Part shown: piece after piece, positions 26,312 to 28,976 of the stretch | How positions within the stretch are numbered: the stretch's first letter is position 1 | Layout: each line of letters begins with the position of its first letter | IMG/VR virus record: IMGVR_UViG_3300005512_000238 | Location: 1-28,976 of that record | Source: a virus | Taxonomy: Duplodnaviria; Caudoviricetes | Length of the DNA stretch: 28,976 nt | Strand: one strand, 5' to 3' | Notes under the pieces: generated by a model | The model's input: only the letters and a program-made list of their open reading frames with translations | Databases searched by the model: none | What the model was told of the DNA's origin: nothing | Position numbers and translations under genes: made by a program

Positions 26312-26314
26312 CTG

Positions 26315-26335
26315 TATAGATAGGCAAAATGTGTA
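26315..26335 (-). promoter_or_regulatory. Putative late promoter motif, copy 1
   Basis: Minus strand TACACATTTTGCCTATCTATA ends 3 nt before the ATG of the head operon and follows a terminator. Confidence 0.6.
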
Positions 26336-26350
26336 AAAGCAACATGCACA

Positions 26351-26387
26351 AATAAAAAGGCGGCAACGATTAACCGCTGCCGCCCTT
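26351..26387 (-). terminator. Rho-independent terminator downstream of terL (possibly bidirectional)
   Basis: Minus strand GGCGGCAGCG-GTTAAT-CGTTGCCGCC followed by TTTTTATTT. Confidence 0.75.
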
Positions 26388-26400
26388 GCTTTTGTGTTTT

Positions 26401-26730
26401 ATGTTTTTCTTATTCCGCAGTGCTAAATAGTTCAGTGGACCAGTGGGCTAAGTTGCCGAGTTGCTGAGAAATTAGGACGCAATCTTTCCATCCAACTGAA
26501 AGCCAATAACAAGACCTGAAAAGTTCTAGAACTCACAAACAGAGTCCACTGGTCCACTGGACTTGTGCCTGTTTTTCATCTTCACCCCCCACCGACAATA
26601 ATGGACAAAACTGACATAACCCCCCTTTTTGTCGGTATTGTCGGGTATTGTCGGTGGCAGTAAGGTTTAAAACTTAATCACCGTGGATTGCTGGGTTGAT
26701 GTATTTCTTATTCCGCAGTGCTAAATAGTT
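26401..26730. mobile_element. 298-bp-period insert bounded by a duplicated terL 3' end, with internal inverted repeats
   Basis: 27-bp exact direct repeat at 26406-26432 and 26704-26730 (31/32 when extended). Inverted repeats at 26429-26449/26543-26563 and 26589-26600/26646-26657. Confidence 0.55.
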
Positions 26731-28429
26731 TTGCAATACTCGCCGCTACAACTTGCATAAGTTCGCAGTCCCAGCCGTGATTTGCGCGGAAGGACACCCA
26801 GCGCAAAGTGGTTCTGCCGTGCTTGTCCAAAACCTCCTTTTTCCGCTCGGAGTCTATTTGCTTGGCGTATTCGTCGGCCATTTCGCCCAAGTCGCAAACC
26901 TCCCAAGGATGCGATTTGCCGCTTTTAAGCAGTTGCAGAACGTCCTTGGTTGTTGGGTTGCTCCATCTAAACACTGGTGGCGCCGTGCGTCCTGTGGCGC
27001 TAACGCGTGTCGGCTTTGAAAACATGCGGCGCACTGTGTGCCCGTTTATGCTGTGAGCGTAGTCGGTAGTGTCTTCACCACGCATACCCATCCACCCGTA
27101 GCGGCCGCACTCTGCCAAAACCCTGGCGCGTTGGTAGCCGACATCCAAGAAAGTCCGCTGTGGTGCGACGTTGAACTCCTTGCGCATTGCTTCGATTTCA
27201 TCAAAAGACGTTAACCGGCGAAACGAAAGCAAACGACTGGCGCCTGTTTTGCTCCAACTGCGTGCCACCGCCCAAAATTCCTCAAGGTATGCTTGCACGT
27301 CTACGGTCAAAAATCGCGTTGCCTCGTCGGCCCATTCGGCGCTTGGTTCGTAGTCTTTGACGACCACTTTTTCGATGTCTACGTGGTTGGTCGCCTTCCA
27401 TGGCTCCGCAAGTCGCAACGTGACAAACTCGCGCAATGGCTGAATGTAACCACCGGCGGCGTGCTGTTTGGCTCGCAGGAAATCGACAACCAAATCGGCC
27501 CACGGCATGACTGAAGGTGGTAAAGCAAGTTGGTTGAAACTAAACGAGCGAACGCGTGGCGTTGGGTTGTCATTGGTTGCTACGTAGCCTCCCTTGCTCA
27601 TGGCCCGCCAGTTGGTTTCGGTGTTTTCGTGCTGGTGTCCACAATGAGGGCAAACCATGCGCACCGTTTCGCTGACTGCTTCAAAATCCCACACGCCATT
27701 TGGTTTTGTTTGGTCGTTAGTGTCCCATTGGAGGCAGTCGTAAAAGGCCGGCATAAAAAGCTCATTGCACCCAATGCACTTGAGGTGCCAATGCTCGCAT
27801 GTGCCCGCCTTGTATGCGCCGTCGAAATCACTGCCCTCCTCTTCGGGCGTGCTGCTTAACCAATGCTTTCGGTTCCAATAGCGCGTAGTTCTCGCCCTCG
27901 CTCTGGCTAACATGCCAGGTTTCCATGCGCTTACTTCGTCCCCAAACAACCAGCGAATAGACCAGCTACGAAGGAAATTGTTATTGGCGGCGCCAAGTTT
28001 GAGCGTGCAGGTTGTTAGAAAAATTTCGGTGTTCGTTTTTTTGTGGCGGTCGGTCGGAAACTGTCGGCGCAGTGTTGCGCAACTTTCCAACATTGGCATG
28101 AGGCGCTCTTTGGAGAAATCCTTGGCCGCGTCTTCGTCTTGCATGACCGTCATGGTTGGCCCTGGATGGTTTGCCAACGCCCAAGCAATGGCAACTTGCA
28201 TGGATACCGTTTTGCCGGTTTGGGCCGCGCAATTAAGCACAACCTCCTCTGTGTTGGGGTCCGCGAAGGCGGTCAACGGCTCAAGTAGCCAAGGCGTTTC
28301 GGTAGCTCGGAATTGGTTGCCGTAAGGCGATTCTCTCAAGCGGATGTTATCAAGCGCCCATTCTGGAATGGTTGCTTTTTGCTTTTCAGCAAATGCCGTA
28401 GCCAAACATTCATTGATTATTTTATCCAT
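26708..28429 (-). CDS. terL: Terminase large subunit, lambda gpA family
   Basis: TPWLLEP, AAQTGKT Walker A, LFGDEV Walker B, SSTP, CxxC...CPHCG, LTVDVQ nuclease Asp and NH.WDC. Confidence 0.95.
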   Translation of the reverse strand: MDKIINECLATAFAEKQKATIPEWALDNIRLRESPYGNQFRATETPWLLEPLTAFADPNTEEVVLNCAAQTGKTVSMQVAIAWALANHPGPTMTVMQDEDAAKDFSKERLMPMLESCATLRRQFPTDRHKKTNTEIFLTTCTLKLGAANNNFLRSWSIRWLFGDEVSAWKPGMLARARARTTRYWNRKHWLSSTPEEEGSDFDGAYKAGTCEHWHLKCIGCNELFMPAFYDCLQWDTNDQTKPNGVWDFEAVSETVRMVCPHCGHQHENTETNWRAMSKGGYVATNDNPTPRVRSFSFNQLALPPSVMPWADLVVDFLRAKQHAAGGYIQPLREFVTLRLAEPWKATNHVDIEKVVVKDYEPSAEWADEATRFLTVDVQAYLEEFWAVARSWSKTGASRLLSFRRLTSFDEIEAMRKEFNVAPQRTFLDVGYQRARVLAECGRYGWMGMRGEDTTDYAHSINGHTVRRMFSKPTRVSATGRTAPPVFRWSNPTTKDVLQLLKSGKSHPWEVCDLGEMADEYAKQIDSERKKEVLDKHGRTTLRWVSFRANHGWDCELMQVVAASIAKLFSTAE

Positions 28430-28442
28430 GCGTTCAAATCAA

Positions 28443-28946
28443 TCAGGCCTTTGTATGCGCTCGCAGCGTTTCGCGCAGTTTGGCGTTGTACGCAATTATG
28501 ACCGGCTGGGCCTCGGTTGGTGTTAAGCCAGCAACCATTGGCGCCAGCTTGCTCTCCATCTCGTCTAAGTGTTTGGCGAATTCCATGCAAAGCGCCATTG
28601 TTGCGCGCTTCACTTCTTCGCGGTCCAACATTTTGCCGCGCATTCCGTCCAGCTCCACGTCCAGTTTTTCAACCTGCCGTCGGATTTTCTCGACCTCATG
28701 CCACTCTTTGGTGCCAGGTTGCGCTTCGTTGCCGCTTTCGTTGGCGCTGGTTTTGCGTGCTTCGGTGACTGCTTCTAGCGTGTAGAGGTGCGCTCCCCTC
28801 GCGCCAGTTTTTGCTATAGGAACGCGGACAAGAAAGTTCCGCGCTTCGTGATAGCTCATGTCTAATTTTTGCGCCACATCGGCTATGGTGAGCAGTGGCG
28901 GCGGGCTAGAAGTCTTTTTGCGTGTGGGTTTTGCGGGTTTGGTCAT
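28443..28946 (-). CDS. terS: Terminase small subunit (Nu1-like)
   Basis: N-terminal wHTH (LTIADVAQKLDMS...YTL) then a coiled coil with RGKMLDREEV. Directly upstream of terL. Confidence 0.8.
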   Translation of the reverse strand: MTKPAKPTRKKTSSPPPLLTIADVAQKLDMSYHEARNFLVRVPIAKTGARGAHLYTLEAVTEARKTSANESGNEAQPGTKEWHEVEKIRRQVEKLDVELDGMRGKMLDREEVKRATMALCMEFAKHLDEMESKLAPMVAGLTPTEAQPVIIAYNAKLRETLRAHTKA

Positions 28947-28960
28947 GGCTTTTGTTCGCG

Positions 28961-28976
28961 GTCGTGCGCGGAAACC
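28961..28976. repeat. Terminal direct repeat, right copy; candidate cos
   Basis: Identical to 15-30 and 14 nt upstream of the terS ATG. Confidence 0.85.

Noticed and set aside
26408-26532. Alternative terL C-terminus or small ORF ending in the duplicated LFSTAE*
   Set aside because: The frame is closed by a TGA about 40 codons upstream and contains no ATG.
26406-26730. Direct repeats as a CRISPR mini-array or a DGR TR/VR pair
   Set aside because: Only two copies 298 bp apart, no adenine-specific mismatch pattern, and no cas or reverse transcriptase gene.
456-28785. Numerous plus-strand ORFs in the track (e.g. 456..953, 1179..1610, 19822..20325, 20903..21496)
   Set aside because: All are antisense shadows of well-supported minus-strand genes and show no recognisable motifs.
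103-28946. Alternative genetic code or stop-codon reassignment
   Set aside because: Core genes are full length in the standard code, and TAA, TAG and TGA all serve as stops.
15-28976. Specific host assignment (e.g. an aquatic PVC-group bacterium)
   Set aside because: Gene style, sparse Shine-Dalgarno use and the lipoprotein hint at an aquatic diderm host, but nothing in the sequence fixes the taxon without searches.

Overview
The window looks like a complete ~28.95-kb tailed (siphovirus-like) phage genome with every credible gene on the minus strand. Positions 1-14 are Illumina adapter, and a 16-bp sequence (15-30) recurs at the far end (28961-28976) just upstream of terS. In transcription order the genome carries: a lambda-type packaging/head module (terS, gpA-like terL, gpW-like adaptor, lambda-family portal, S49 protease, scaffold); two tandem paralogous major capsid proteins; neck and tail genes with a very short tape measure; a tail-fibre/RBP cassette; a holin and a possible spanin; a 1225-aa virion protein; and an early/replication arm (SleB-type hydrolase, RHH protein, resolvase, SSB-like protein, RecE-like exonuclease, HTH initiator, DnaB, dNMP kinase, N6/N4 methylase, HTH regulator). 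I saw no integrase, repressor, tRNA, CRISPR array or reverse transcriptase. The most unusual signals are the dual capsid genes, a 298-bp palindrome-rich insert that duplicates the terL 3' end, the probable cos end, a structured RNA-like intergenic region, a shared late-promoter motif, and apparent total avoidance of GATC. All functional calls come from motif recognition by eye, not database searches.
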